Positions 10,665 to 20,343 of a stretch of DNA of 64,000 bases are shown piece by piece (position 1 is the first letter of the stretch; each line of letters starts with the position of its first letter). A model generated the notes under the pieces. The model did not search any database, was not told where the DNA came from, and saw only the letters and a program-made list of their open reading frames with translations. Location: the NCBI GenBank assembly GCA_964237315.1, contig CAXSHL010000010.1, forward strand, positions 10,556 to 74,555. Direction: 5' to 3'. Source of the stretch: an uncultured Nocardioidaceae bacterium (GTDB taxonomy: Bacteria; Actinomycetota; Actinomycetes; Propionibacteriales; Nocardioidaceae). The position numbers and the translations under genes are program-made.

Positions 10665-12317
10665 GTGAGCGAGGACCTGAGCCGGCTGGCCGAGGACTAC
10701 CAGGACTTCCGGCTGCGCACCGCCCCGACGTGGGCGCACCTGATCGGGGAGTACCGCTACGCGGACCGGTTCGACGACGTCAGCCGCGCCGGGGAGGAGG
10801 CTGCCGCGGACGAGTCGCGGGCGTTCGCGTCCCGGGCCTCGGCGCTCACCGACGACGGGCTCGACGACCAGGAGCGGCTCACCAGGTCGATCGTCGCGTG
10901 GGACGCGGAGTCCCGGGCCGGGCTGCTGGACTCGCGCACCACCGAGTTCGCGGCGAACCCGATCTTCGGCGTGCAGGCCTCGCTCGGGGTCTACATCCCG
11001 AAGCTCGCGGTCCCGGACACCGAGGTGGCCGAGGCGATGGTCGGCAAGTTCGAGCACGTGGCGGTCTACTTCCACGACCTCGCCGACCGGCACCGTGACG
11101 GCCTCGCGTCCGGGCGCACGCCGGCGGACTTCGCGGTCGCGCAGACGGTCGCGCAGCTCGACGAGTGGCTCGGCACGCCGGTGAACGAGGACCCCATGCT
11201 CACCGTGCAGGACCCGCCGTCGGGCATGGACGCTGCGCGGTGGCACGAGCGGTTGCTGGCCGTGGTGCAGAAGTCGGTGCGACCGGCCGTCGAGCGCTAC
11301 CGCGACGTGCTCCGAGACGAGGTCGCGCCGCACGCGCGGCCCGACGAGCGGTGCGGGCTGGTGCACCTGCCGGACGGGGAGTCGGTCTACGCGAAGGCGG
11401 CCGCCTTCTACACCACCGTCGACACGTCTCCAGCGGAGATCCACCAGATCGGGCTGGACCAGGTGACGTCGCTGGCGCAGGAGTACGCCGAGCTGGGACC
11501 CGAGGTCGTCGGCACCTCCGACGTACCGTCCGTGTTCGCCGCGCTGCGCGACGACCCCGCCCTGCACCACACGAGCGGCGAGGAGGTCGTCGCGGCGTCC
11601 AAGGCCGCGATGGCCAAGGCGCGCGCGGCGATGGGCGACTGGTTCGGCCGGGTGCCGCGCTCGGAGTGCGACGTCGAGGCGACCACCAGCGGTGCGATCG
11701 CCTACTACTTCGCGCCGCCCCGCGACGGCAGCCGCGGAGGCGTCTTCTTCATGAACGTCTCGGACCCGGAGGGCTGGGGACGCTACGAGATCGAGAACAC
11801 CAGCTACCACGAGGGCATCCCCGGTCACCACCTGCAGCTCGGCATCGCGGCCGAGCTCGACGGCATCCCGGAGTTCCGCAAGCGTGCGTTCATCGCGGCG
11901 TACGGCGAGGGCTGGGGGCTCTACACCGAGCGGCTCGCGGACGAGATGGGGCTCTACTCGACCCCCCTGGACCGGATGGGGATGCTGTCCGCGGACTCGA
12001 TGCGGGCCTGCCGGCTGGTCGTGGACACCGGGATGCACGCGCTCGGCTGGAGCCGGCAGCAGGCGATCGACTACATGCTGGCCAACTCGCCGATGCGTGC
12101 GGGTCACGTGACGGCCGAGGTGGACCGCTACGCCGTGACACCCGGCCAGGCCCTGTCCTACATGGTCGGCCGGCTGGAGATCCAGCGGATCCGCCGGGCC
12201 GCCGAGAGGCGTCAGGGCGACGCCTTCGACATCAGGGCGTTCCACGACGCGGTGCTGGACTCCGGCCCGTTGCCGCTCGGCCTCCTCGACCAGGTGGTGT
12301 CCGCCCGCCTCCCGTGA
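10665..12317 (+). CDS. DUF885 family protein
   Basis: HEGIPGHHLQ, EGWGLYTE, RACRLVVDTGMH, PGQALSY. Confidence 0.92.
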   Translation: MSEDLSRLAEDYQDFRLRTAPTWAHLIGEYRYADRFDDVSRAGEEAAADESRAFASRASALTDDGLDDQERLTRSIVAWDAESRAGLLDSRTTEFAANPIFGVQASLGVYIPKLAVPDTEVAEAMVGKFEHVAVYFHDLADRHRDGLASGRTPADFAVAQTVAQLDEWLGTPVNEDPMLTVQDPPSGMDAARWHERLLAVVQKSVRPAVERYRDVLRDEVAPHARPDERCGLVHLPDGESVYAKAAAFYTTVDTSPAEIHQIGLDQVTSLAQEYAELGPEVVGTSDVPSVFAALRDDPALHHTSGEEVVAASKAAMAKARAAMGDWFGRVPRSECDVEATTSGAIAYYFAPPRDGSRGGVFFMNVSDPEGWGRYEIENTSYHEGIPGHHLQLGIAAELDGIPEFRKRAFIAAYGEGWGLYTERLADEMGLYSTPLDRMGMLSADSMRACRLVVDTGMHALGWSRQQAIDYMLANSPMRAGHVTAEVDRYAVTPGQALSYMVGRLEIQRIRRAAERRQGDAFDIRAFHDAVLDSGPLPLGLLDQVVSARLP

Positions 12318-12373
12318 CCGGTCACAGAACGGGATGCCTCGGCGTCGGGGGTCGGCCGCCTAGGCTGGGGAGC

Positions 12374-13840
12374 ATGCCCGACTCCGACCGCCTCGACGAC
12401 GCCGCCGGGAGGCTCGTGGTCGGGTTCGACCTGGACATGACGCTGATCGACACGCGTCCCGGGTTCGCGGCGACCCTCGGGGTGCTGGCCGAGGAGACCG
12501 GGGTGGTCCTCGACATCGAGGAGATGAGCAGCCGCCTCGGTCCGCCGCTGGACCACCTGCTCGCCCCGCACTATCCCGCCGAGCAGATCGGGCCGCTCGT
12601 CGACTCCTTCCGGGCGCACTACCCCGAGCACGCCGTCCCGCCGACCCTCGCGCTGCGCGGGGCGCACGAGGCACTGGCGGCCGTCCGCCGCCATGGCGGC
12701 AGCACCGTCCTGGTCACCGGGAAGTACGCCCCCAACGCCCGCCTGCACGTCGAGGCACTCGACCTCGACGTCGACGTCCTGGTCGGTGAGGTGTGGGGCT
12801 CGGGCAAGGCGGCCGCACTGGTCGAGCACGGCGCGACCGTCTACGTCGGCGACCACGTGTACGACGTCGAGGGGGCCCGGGCCGCGGGGGCGCTCAGCGT
12901 CTCGGTGGCGACCGGCGGCTGCACGCCGGAGGAGCTGCTCGACGCCGGGACCGACGTGCTGCTCACCGACCTCACCGAGTTCCCGGACTGGCTCGACGAG
13001 CACGTCCTCGGGCTCCGGCTGCGGGCGCTGGAGGAGGACCTGCGGGCCATGGGCTCGGTGCTGGTCGCCTACAGCGGGGGCGCCGACAGCGCGTTCCTGC
13101 TCGCCGCCGCCGTGCGCGCGCTCGGTCCGGAGAAGGTGGGCGCGGCCACCGCCTACTCGGACTCCCTGCCGCACAGTGAGCGGCCGCCCGCCCTCGCCTT
13201 CGCCGAGCAGCTCGGCGTCCGGGTGCTCACGCCCGAGACCCACGAGATGGACCGGGAGGGCTACCGCGCCAACGCCGGGGACCGCTGCTACTTCTGCAAG
13301 GCCGAGCTGCTCGACGTGCTCGTGCCGCTGGCTGCGCTGCACGGCTTCGCCCAGGTCGCCACCGGCACCAACGCCGACGACGCCGTCGCCGGCTTCCGGC
13401 CCGGCATCCGCGCGGCCGCCGAGCGCGGGGCCCGCACGCCGCTGCGGGACGCCGGCCTGACCAAGCAGCAGGTGCGCGCGGCCTCCCACACCTGGGGGCT
13501 GCCCACCTGGGACAAGCCGGCTGCCGCCTGCCTGTCCAGCCGGGTCGCCTACGGCATCGAGGTCAGCCCGTTCCGGCTGGCCCGGGTGGAGCGCGCCGAG
13601 GACGCCGTACGCACCACTCTGCTGGCCGCCGGCGTCCAGGTCCGGGACCTGCGGGTGCGCGACCTGGGTGACCGGGCCTCGCTGGAGGTCGATGCCGAGC
13701 ACGTGCAGGCGGTCCGGGCGCTGCCGGCGGTCCTGGACGCCTTGGGTGAGGCGGGTTTCGCCGAGGCGGAGGTCGACGCACGCGGGTTCCGGTCCGGGTC
13801 CATGAACGAGCGGCTGGGGCAGCCGGACCACTACCGCTGA
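12374..13840 (+). CDS. larE: Fusion of an N-terminal HAD hydrolase and a C-terminal LarE-like ATP-dependent sulfur transferase
   Basis: FDLDMTLIDT and YVGDHVYD (HAD); SGGADS PP-loop, RCYFCK, GTNADD, RPG, WDKPAAACLSSR (LarE); one continuous frame. Confidence 0.85.
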   Translation: MPDSDRLDDAAGRLVVGFDLDMTLIDTRPGFAATLGVLAEETGVVLDIEEMSSRLGPPLDHLLAPHYPAEQIGPLVDSFRAHYPEHAVPPTLALRGAHEALAAVRRHGGSTVLVTGKYAPNARLHVEALDLDVDVLVGEVWGSGKAAALVEHGATVYVGDHVYDVEGARAAGALSVSVATGGCTPEELLDAGTDVLLTDLTEFPDWLDEHVLGLRLRALEEDLRAMGSVLVAYSGGADSAFLLAAAVRALGPEKVGAATAYSDSLPHSERPPALAFAEQLGVRVLTPETHEMDREGYRANAGDRCYFCKAELLDVLVPLAALHGFAQVATGTNADDAVAGFRPGIRAAAERGARTPLRDAGLTKQQVRAASHTWGLPTWDKPAAACLSSRVAYGIEVSPFRLARVERAEDAVRTTLLAAGVQVRDLRVRDLGDRASLEVDAEHVQAVRALPAVLDALGEAGFAEAEVDARGFRSGSMNERLGQPDHYR

Positions 13841-13951
13841 GACGGCCGTTATCCGCGTGGCCCGCGGGCGGCCCCGGGCCGTAGGCTTGCGCCTCGGTCC
13901 GACAGTGGCCGTCCGAACGGCTGATCCCATGAGCAGAGAGAGGTCCGACCC

Positions 13952-14347
13952 GTGCCGACTGGCAAGGTGAAGTGGTACGACGCCGAGAAGGGCTTCGGCT
14001 TCTTGTCCAAGGACGAGGGCGGCGACGTCTACGTGCGCGCCGACGCCCTCCCCGCGGGCGCGCCCACGCTCAAGCCAGGTGCCCGGGTCGAGTTCGGTCT
14101 CGTGCAGGGCCGCAAGGGCGACCAGGCGCTGCAGGTCCGGCTGCTCGAGCCGGTCGTGTCGGTGGCGAAGGCGGTCTCCAAGGCGAGCCGCAAGAAGCCC
14201 GCCGACATGGTGAACATCATCGAGGACCTCTACGGCCTGCTCGAGAACGTCCAGGGCTCCTACCGCGCCGGTCGGCACCCGGACGCCAAGATGGCCAAGC
14301 CGACCGCGAAGGTGCTGCGCGCGCTGGCCGACGAGCTCGAGCTGTAG
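13952..14347 (+). CDS. Cold-shock domain protein (CspB-like, extended C-terminus)
   Basis: MPTGKVKWYDAEKGFGFL. Confidence 0.92.
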   Translation: MPTGKVKWYDAEKGFGFLSKDEGGDVYVRADALPAGAPTLKPGARVEFGLVQGRKGDQALQVRLLEPVVSVAKAVSKASRKKPADMVNIIEDLYGLLENVQGSYRAGRHPDAKMAKPTAKVLRALADELEL

Positions 14348-14356
14348 GCGAAGGGC

Positions 14357-15826
14357 TCAGGCCCGGGACCGGACCCCGGCGACCGTCCACAGGCTCCAGC
14401 CCACCAGGATCGCCGCCGCGACGCCCAGCCCGAGCTGCGGCACGAGCGGCAGGGCGATGCCGATCAGGCCGCCGACCACCCAGGACAGCTGCAGCAGCGT
14501 CTCCGAGCGGGCGAACGTCGCCGACCGCCTGGACTCCGGGATGTCGCGCTGGATCAGCGCGTCCAGCGACAGCTTCCCCAGCGACTGCGCCAGGCCGGCC
14601 GTCAGACCCAGGAGTACGGCCGTCGCCAGCCCGTAGAACAGCGTCACCACGATCGCCGCGGCCGCGTCGGCGAGCAGCGTGGCCACCACCGTCACCTCGG
14701 GCCGGATCCGCCGCAGGATCGATCCGAGCGCGATGCCGACCGTGCTCCCCAGCCCGGCGGAGCCGATCACCAGGCCGAGGAGCAGCTCCGGGCGGTCCTC
14801 CCAGCCGGGCAGCGGCTTGTCGCGGAGCAGGAACGCCATGAACATCAGCAGGAACCCGCTGAGCACGCGCATGCCGGTGTTGGCCCGCAGGGCGATGGCG
14901 AGCGGGTGGGGCAGCTGGGGGCGACGGGGCTTCTGCCGGCCCAGCGCGTCCACCGACGCCTTGTCCTCCCCGGCGGAGCTGTCCACCCGGCCGGGCAGCA
15001 GGATGGCCAGCACGGTGCCGCCGATGAACAGCAGGAACGCGTAGCGCAGCGACCACTGCGGCCCGAACGTCGAGGCGCCCACGGCCAGCGGCCCGGACAC
15101 GGCGGCCCCGGCGACCGAGGCGAGCGAGATGCGGGAGTTGGCCTTGACCAGGGTGAGCCGCTCGGGCAGCAGTCGGGGCACGGCCGCGGCGCGGGTCACG
15201 CCGTACGCCTTGGACGCCACGAGGCAGCCGAGAGCCGCAGGGAAGAGCGCGACGGTGTCCCCGCTGCCGACCGCGTCGGCGAGCACCCAGCACAGGAACG
15301 CCCGCAGCGCCATCGTGGCGCCGATCGCCCAGCGGCGTCCGTGGCTGAACCGGTCCAGGACCGGGCCGATCAGGGGCGCGACCACCGCGAAGGGCAGCAT
15401 CGTGAGGCCGAGGAACAGCGCCACCTGCCCGCGGGCCTGGTCGGTCGGCACCTGGAAGAACAGCGTGCCGGCCAGCGAGATCGCCACCGCGGCGTCGCCG
15501 GCCCCGTTGAACGCGTGCAGCTCGATCAGCCGGGACAGCCCGCTGTCGCCGGCGCCCTCGGCGTGGGTGGCGCGCCGGGCCTGGCGATAGGTGAAGCCGG
15601 CAGCTCGACCAGTGGCCGACCCGGCGCGTCTGGCGCCGCGCGATGAGAACGAGCCGGCCGCCCGGGCGCGGCGTGCGGTGGCACCCGCGGCGCGGCGGGT
15701 CCGGCCGGGTGGCGGCCCAGCGGAGGCAGGCGGGTCGGGGGCGGTCCCGGGCTCGGCGGCCGTCGCGTCCAGCAGCTGATCGGCCGGAGTCTCCTCCTCC
15801 ACAGAGCTGGACTCCTCGGGCCGCAT
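14357..15826 (-). CDS. MFS transporter (Rv0876c-like)
   Basis: SLAGTLFF...VALFLGLTMLPFAVVAPLIGPVLDR; multiple TM segments; conserved position beside csp and DUF3027. Confidence 0.85.
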   Translation of the reverse strand: MRPEESSSVEEETPADQLLDATAAEPGTAPDPPASAGPPPGRTRRAAGATARRARAAGSFSSRGARRAGSATGRAAGFTYRQARRATHAEGAGDSGLSRLIELHAFNGAGDAAVAISLAGTLFFQVPTDQARGQVALFLGLTMLPFAVVAPLIGPVLDRFSHGRRWAIGATMALRAFLCWVLADAVGSGDTVALFPAALGCLVASKAYGVTRAAAVPRLLPERLTLVKANSRISLASVAGAAVSGPLAVGASTFGPQWSLRYAFLLFIGGTVLAILLPGRVDSSAGEDKASVDALGRQKPRRPQLPHPLAIALRANTGMRVLSGFLLMFMAFLLRDKPLPGWEDRPELLLGLVIGSAGLGSTVGIALGSILRRIRPEVTVVATLLADAAAAIVVTLFYGLATAVLLGLTAGLAQSLGKLSLDALIQRDIPESRRSATFARSETLLQLSWVVGGLIGIALPLVPQLGLGVAAAILVGWSLWTVAGVRSRA

Positions 15827-15904
15827 GTGCCCATCTTGCCTGGCCGTTGGAAGCAGCGCTCCCCTGACCGCGCGACCTGTGGATCCGTGGAACAATGGTC
15901 ACTC

Positions 15905-16684
15905 GTGATCACCGCAACCAGGGCCGTCAAGCCGGACACCGTCGGAGTCCGCTCGGTCGACGCCGCCCGCGACGCGCTCGTGGACCTCGTCGACGCCTCT
16001 GACGTGGGCGAGCACCTCGGCTTCGCCGCCGAGGACGAGCGAGTGGTCACCCACTACTTCGCGTGCCTGCGCCAGGGCTACCGCGGCTGGCGGTGGGCCG
16101 TCACGGTGGCGCGTGCGCCCCGGATGAAGACCGTGACCGTCGACGAGGTCGTGCTGCTGCCCAGCGAGGGCGCGATCATCGCCCCCGAGTGGGTGCCCTA
16201 CCGGGACCGCATCCAGGCCGGCGACCTCAGCCCCGGTGACCTGCTGCCCACCGAGGACGACGACCCCCGCCTCGTGCCGGGCTACCTCAGCGGCGACCCC
16301 GGCGACGAGATCGTCGACGAGGACTCCGTCCGTGAGGTGATCGACGAGGTCGGGCTGGGCCGGGCCCGGGTGCTCTCGCTGGAGGGACGGGACCTGGCAG
16401 CCCAGCGCTGGTACGACGGCAGCCACGGCCCCGAGGCGCTGCTGGCGCAGTCGGCTCCCGCGCCATGTGTCACCTGCGGGTTCCTGGTCCGGCTGGCGGG
16501 TCCGCTGTCCCAGGCGTTCGGCGTGTGCGCCAACGCCCAGGCCAACGACGACGGCCGGGTGGTCTCGCACGACCACGGCTGCGGCGCGCACTCCGAGGCC
16601 CAGCTGGCCAAGAACAGCCAGCCGCAGCCGCTCCCCGACCCGGTCCTCGACACGCTGTCCTGGGACGAGCTCGAGAAGTTCTAG
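15905..16684 (+). CDS. DUF3027 family protein
   Basis: VGEHLG...GYRGWRWAVTV...APEWVPY...CVTCGF...FGVCAN...DHGCGAHSE. Confidence 0.88.
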   Translation: MITATRAVKPDTVGVRSVDAARDALVDLVDASDVGEHLGFAAEDERVVTHYFACLRQGYRGWRWAVTVARAPRMKTVTVDEVVLLPSEGAIIAPEWVPYRDRIQAGDLSPGDLLPTEDDDPRLVPGYLSGDPGDEIVDEDSVREVIDEVGLGRARVLSLEGRDLAAQRWYDGSHGPEALLAQSAPAPCVTCGFLVRLAGPLSQAFGVCANAQANDDGRVVSHDHGCGAHSEAQLAKNSQPQPLPDPVLDTLSWDELEKF

Positions 16685-16989
16685 GGCCGCGCCCCCTCGC
16701 GCGACCTGCGGTGGTTCCTGCGGCGACGGCAGTACTCCCAGCCGACCACGCCGAGCACGAAGCCGGCCAGGCACGTCCACTGCCACCAGCCCCGGCCGGC
16801 ATCCTCGAGCCGGTCGTGGAAGGGCAGCAGCACCAGGAACGCGACCAGGAACAGTCCGGTCCCGACCGCGACCGTCCAGGTGCCGTCCAGGTCGAGCGGG
16901 TCGACGTCGGCGACGACGTACGTCCGGTTGCCGATCTCGTGCGTGACCACCCCGTCGACGGGCTGCTCGGGGTAGTCGGACTGCTGCAC
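16681..16989 (-). CDS. DUF2530-like membrane protein
   Basis: PLDLDG..TVAVGT...WWQWTCLAGFVLG; synteny with DUF3027 and NCS2. Confidence 0.75.
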   Translation of the reverse strand: MQQSDYPEQPVDGVVTHEIGNRTYVVADVDPLDLDGTWTVAVGTGLFLVAFLVLLPFHDRLEDAGRGWWQWTCLAGFVLGVVGWEYCRRRRNHRRSREGARP

Positions 16990-17018
16990 GACTCGAATGT
17001 ACGCCGCGCGTCCGCCGC

Positions 17019-17392
17019 CGCAGAACGGGACGCCTCGGCAGCGAAGGTCCCCGCTCCCCTGTCGCCGAGGCGTCGCATTCTGCGATCCCCCGATGACGAC
17101 CGACGACGACCGATGACGGGCGATGCCGGGACCCAGATGATCCCCGGGCTGTCATCGGTCACCGCCACAACCGGTCGTGGTGACCGATCCTGGCGCCTCG
17201 GGTCGTCGGATCATCGCCACAACGGTTCATGGCGACCGATCACGGCGACGGTGGCCAGCTGAGGGCACCCGGGGGATCGCAGAACGGGACGCCTCGGCAG
17301 CCGGGATCGCAGAACGGGACGCCTCGGCACCCGGGGGATCGCAGAACGGGACGCCTCGGCACCCGCGGGATCGCAGAACGGGACGCCTCGGC
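17019..17392. repeat. Mosaic intergenic REP-like cluster
   Basis: 26-nt core GGGATCGCAGAACGGGACGCCTCGGC x4 (starts 17273, 17303, 17335, 17367), partial copy 17019-17039, inverted copy 17064-17089, plus two copies of a second CGCCACAAC...GACCGATC unit between them. Confidence 0.9.
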
Positions 17393-17454
17393 GGCGGGAC
17401 TGGCGGTGGGACTGCGGCAACATCGCTGTTACGCGGGTCTGCCATGATCCGCGC

Positions 17455-18893
17455 GTGGACAGGTTCTTCGAGATCACCGACCGCGGCTCGACCATCGGGC
17501 GTGAGGTCCGGGGAGGCGTGGTCACCTTCTTCACGATGGCCTACATCATCGTGCTCAACCCCTGATCCTCGGCTTCGCCAAGGACGCCGACGGGAAGTAC
17601 CTCGGGGGAGGGTCCGGCCCCGACCTGCCGCTGATCGCCGCCGCCACCGCGCTGGTGGCCGGGGTGATGACGATCCTGATGGGGGTGGTCGCGAACTACC
17701 CGCTCGCACTGGCCACCGGTCTCGGGCTGAATGCCTTCGTGGCCTTCTCGATCGCCTCCGGGATGTCCTGGCAGGACGCCATGGGCCTGGTGGTCCTCGA
17801 GGGCCTCGTGATCCTGGTGCTGGTGCTCACCGGCTTCCGCAGCGCCGTGTTCCACGCCGTGCCGGCCCAGCTGAAGACTGCCATCAGCGTGGGCATCGGC
17901 CTGTTCATCGCCCTCATCGGCCTGGTGGACGCCGGGTTCGTGCGGCGGATCCCGGACGCCTCGAACACCACCGTGCCCGTGCAGCTCGGCGCGACCGGGT
18001 CGCTGGACGGCTGGCCGGTGCTGGTCTTCGCTCTCGGGCTGCTGCTGATGATCACCCTGTTCGTGCTGCGCGTGCGGGGCGCGATCCTGATCTCGATCGT
18101 CGCGGCCACCGTGCTCGCCATCGTGATCGAGGCGGTCGCGAACGTGGGCCCCTCGGTGTCGGGCGACAAGACCAATCCGAACGGGTGGAGCCTCAACGTG
18201 CCGTCCCTGCCGGACAAGGTGGTCGACGTCCCGGACTTCGGCCTGCTGGGGCACGTGTCGCTGTTCGGCGCGTTCGAGCGGGTCGGGCTGGTCACCGCGG
18301 TGCTGTTCGTGTTCACGCTGATGCTGGCTGACTTCTTCGACACGATGGGCACGATGACCGCCATCGGCGCAGAGGCCGGCCTCCTCGACGAGGACGGCGT
18401 CCCCCCGAACAGCCGGCGGATCCTGGTCGTGGACTCGGTGGCGGCCGCGGCCGGCGGTTTCGCGTCGGTGTCCAGCAACACGTCCTACGTCGAGTCCGCC
18501 TCCGGTGTCGGCGAGGGGGCCCGCACCGGACTGGCCAGCGTGGTCACCGGGGTGCTGTTCCTGCTCGCCACCGTCCTCTCGCCGCTGGTGGCGGTCATCC
18601 CGAACGAGGCGGCCACCCCGGCGCTGGTGCTGGTCGGCTTCTTGATGATGCAGCAGGTCAAGGACATCGAGTGGGACGACGTGGAGATCGCCCTGCCGGC
18701 ATTCCTGACGATCGTGCTGATGCCGTTCACCTACTCGATCTCGGTCGGGATCGGCGCCGGGTTCATCGCCTACGTCCTGATCAAGGTCGTCCGCGGCAAG
18801 GCGGGTGTGCTGCACCCGCTGCTGTGGCTGGTCTCCGCGCTGTTCGTCCTCTACTTCTTCATCTCGCCGGTCAGGCAGCTGCTGGGCGCCTGA
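17455..18893 (+). CDS. NCS2 (AzgA/PbuG-like) purine permease, frameshifted at about 17562
   Basis: VDRFFEITDRGSTIGREVRGGVVTFFTMAYIIVLNP then TGA at 17563; one extra C restores NPLILG; downstream DFFDTMGT and TSYVESASG. Confidence 0.88.
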
Positions 18894-18918
18894 GAATGCC
18901 GGGTGCCGCTAGGGGTAC
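18894..18918 (+). promoter_or_regulatory. Putative SigF/SigB-type stress promoter
   Basis: GAAT-N15-GGGTAC upstream of the acidic peptide ORF. Confidence 0.4.
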
Positions 18919-18964
18919 GTTCACGGCGGCGGCACCTTCGCCGCCCCACGAAGGGAGCAACCCC

Positions 18965-19189
18965 ATGACGACCACGCCAGGCGAGCCGGTCAGCGACGAG
19001 GACATCACCACGGGCATCACCGACAGCAGCACCGGTGGCGACGCGGACGGGACCGACGGGGGCGCGGACGCCGACGGCACCGACGGCGACGCCACGGACA
19101 CCACTGACGGGGACGCCACCGACGGCACCGGGACCGGCGGGGACGCTGACGGGACCGACGGCGGGGACGCCGACGGCACCGACGGCTGA
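18965..19189 (+). CDS. 74-aa acidic Asp/Gly/Thr repeat peptide (putative precursor or substrate peptide)
   Basis: RBS AAGGGAG at 18951-18957; MTTTPGEPVSDEDITTGITDSSTGG followed by 4 exact DADGTDG repeats; 20 Asp; GC-rich third codon positions. Confidence 0.8.
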   Translation: MTTTPGEPVSDEDITTGITDSSTGGDADGTDGGADADGTDGDATDTTDGDATDGTGTGGDADGTDGGDADGTDG

Positions 19190-19193
19190 GCTG

Positions 19194-20343
19194 TTGCCCG
19201 ACCTGCCGTCCGACCCGGTCGCGGCGCTCGAGCTGCTCAGCGGGGACGCCCAGAGCTTCGTGTCGAAGGTCTGGGCGTCCCGCGCGCACATCCACCACGC
19301 GGACCCCGACTCCACGCGTCAGCTGGTCGCCCTGCTCACCTTCGACGACGTCGACCACCTGCTGACGGGTACGGCGATCCGCACCCCCGCCGTACGCATC
19401 GCCCAGGACGGGACCGTCCTGCCCGCCTCCGCCTACACGCGTCAGGCGAGCCTGGCCGGCCAGGCGCTGACCGGCCTGCTCGACCCGCGCAAGGTGTTCG
19501 GGCTCTTCGACGGCGGCTCGACCGTGGTGCTCCAGGGCCTGCACCGCTACTGGGAGCCGCTCGGTGCCCTGGTCGCCGACCTCGAGCTGGCGCTGGGGCA
19601 CCCCTGTCAGGCGAACGCCTACCTCACCCCGCCCGGGGCGCAGGGGTTCGCGGTGCACTCCGACAGCCACGACGTCTTCGTGTTCCAGACCCACGGCAGC
19701 AAGGTCTGGGAGGTCCATGCCAGCGAGGGCGAGGTGCAGACCGTGGTGCTCGAGCCGGGGGTGAGCATGTACCTCCCGACCGGCACCCCGCACGCCGCCC
19801 GGGCCCAGGAGACCGTGTCGCTGCACGTCACGATCGGCATCAACCAGGTCACCTGGCGCCACCTCCTCGAGCGGGTGCTGGCGGACGCGCTCGAGGAGTC
19901 CGGTGCACAGCACCTGCCGGCGGGCTACCTCGACGACCCGGCCCTGCTCGCGGACGGCCTGACCGAGCGGGTGGACGCACTGTCGAGCGCCCTGCGCGGG
20001 CTGGACCCCGCGGCGGTCGCGAACGCCGAGGTCCGACGGTTCCTGACCAGCAGGACCCTGTGGCAGCGAGGCGGTCTGCGCGACCGGGTCGCGGCCGGCG
20101 GGCTCAGCGACACCAGCGAGCTTCGGCGCCGGCCGGGGCACCCGTGCGTGCTCGTCCCGGAGGGCGACCGGCTCAGCGTGCGACCGGGAGCTGGTGATGC
20201 CGGCCCGGCTCGCGGCACCCCTGCAGGTGGTGCGGGCCGCCTCGACCTTCCGGCCCGCCGATCTCGCCGAGCACCTCGACGAGCAGAGCCGGCTGGTGGT
20301 GTGCCGACGGCTGGTGCGCGAAGGCCTCCTCGAAGTCGTCTAG
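19194..20343 (+). CDS. JmjC/cupin 2OG-Fe(II) oxygenase (ROXA/NO66-like), frameshifted at about 20181
   Basis: GSTVVLQGLHRYW, ANAYLTPPGAQGFAVHSDSHDVFVFQTHGSKVW, LEPGVSMYLPTGTPH (HxD...H); C-terminus DRELVMP...RRLVREGLLEVV in another frame; start (TTG 19194) uncertain. Confidence 0.88.

Noticed and set aside
11165-12373. N-terminal extension of the 891-aa HAD-LarE ORF
   Set aside because: Out-of-frame overlap with the DUF885 gene; the true start is the ATG at 12374 after TAGGCT.
17273-17392. Possible CRISPR array
   Set aside because: The 26-nt units are separated by only 4-6 nt of similar sequence, with no unique spacers and no cas genes.
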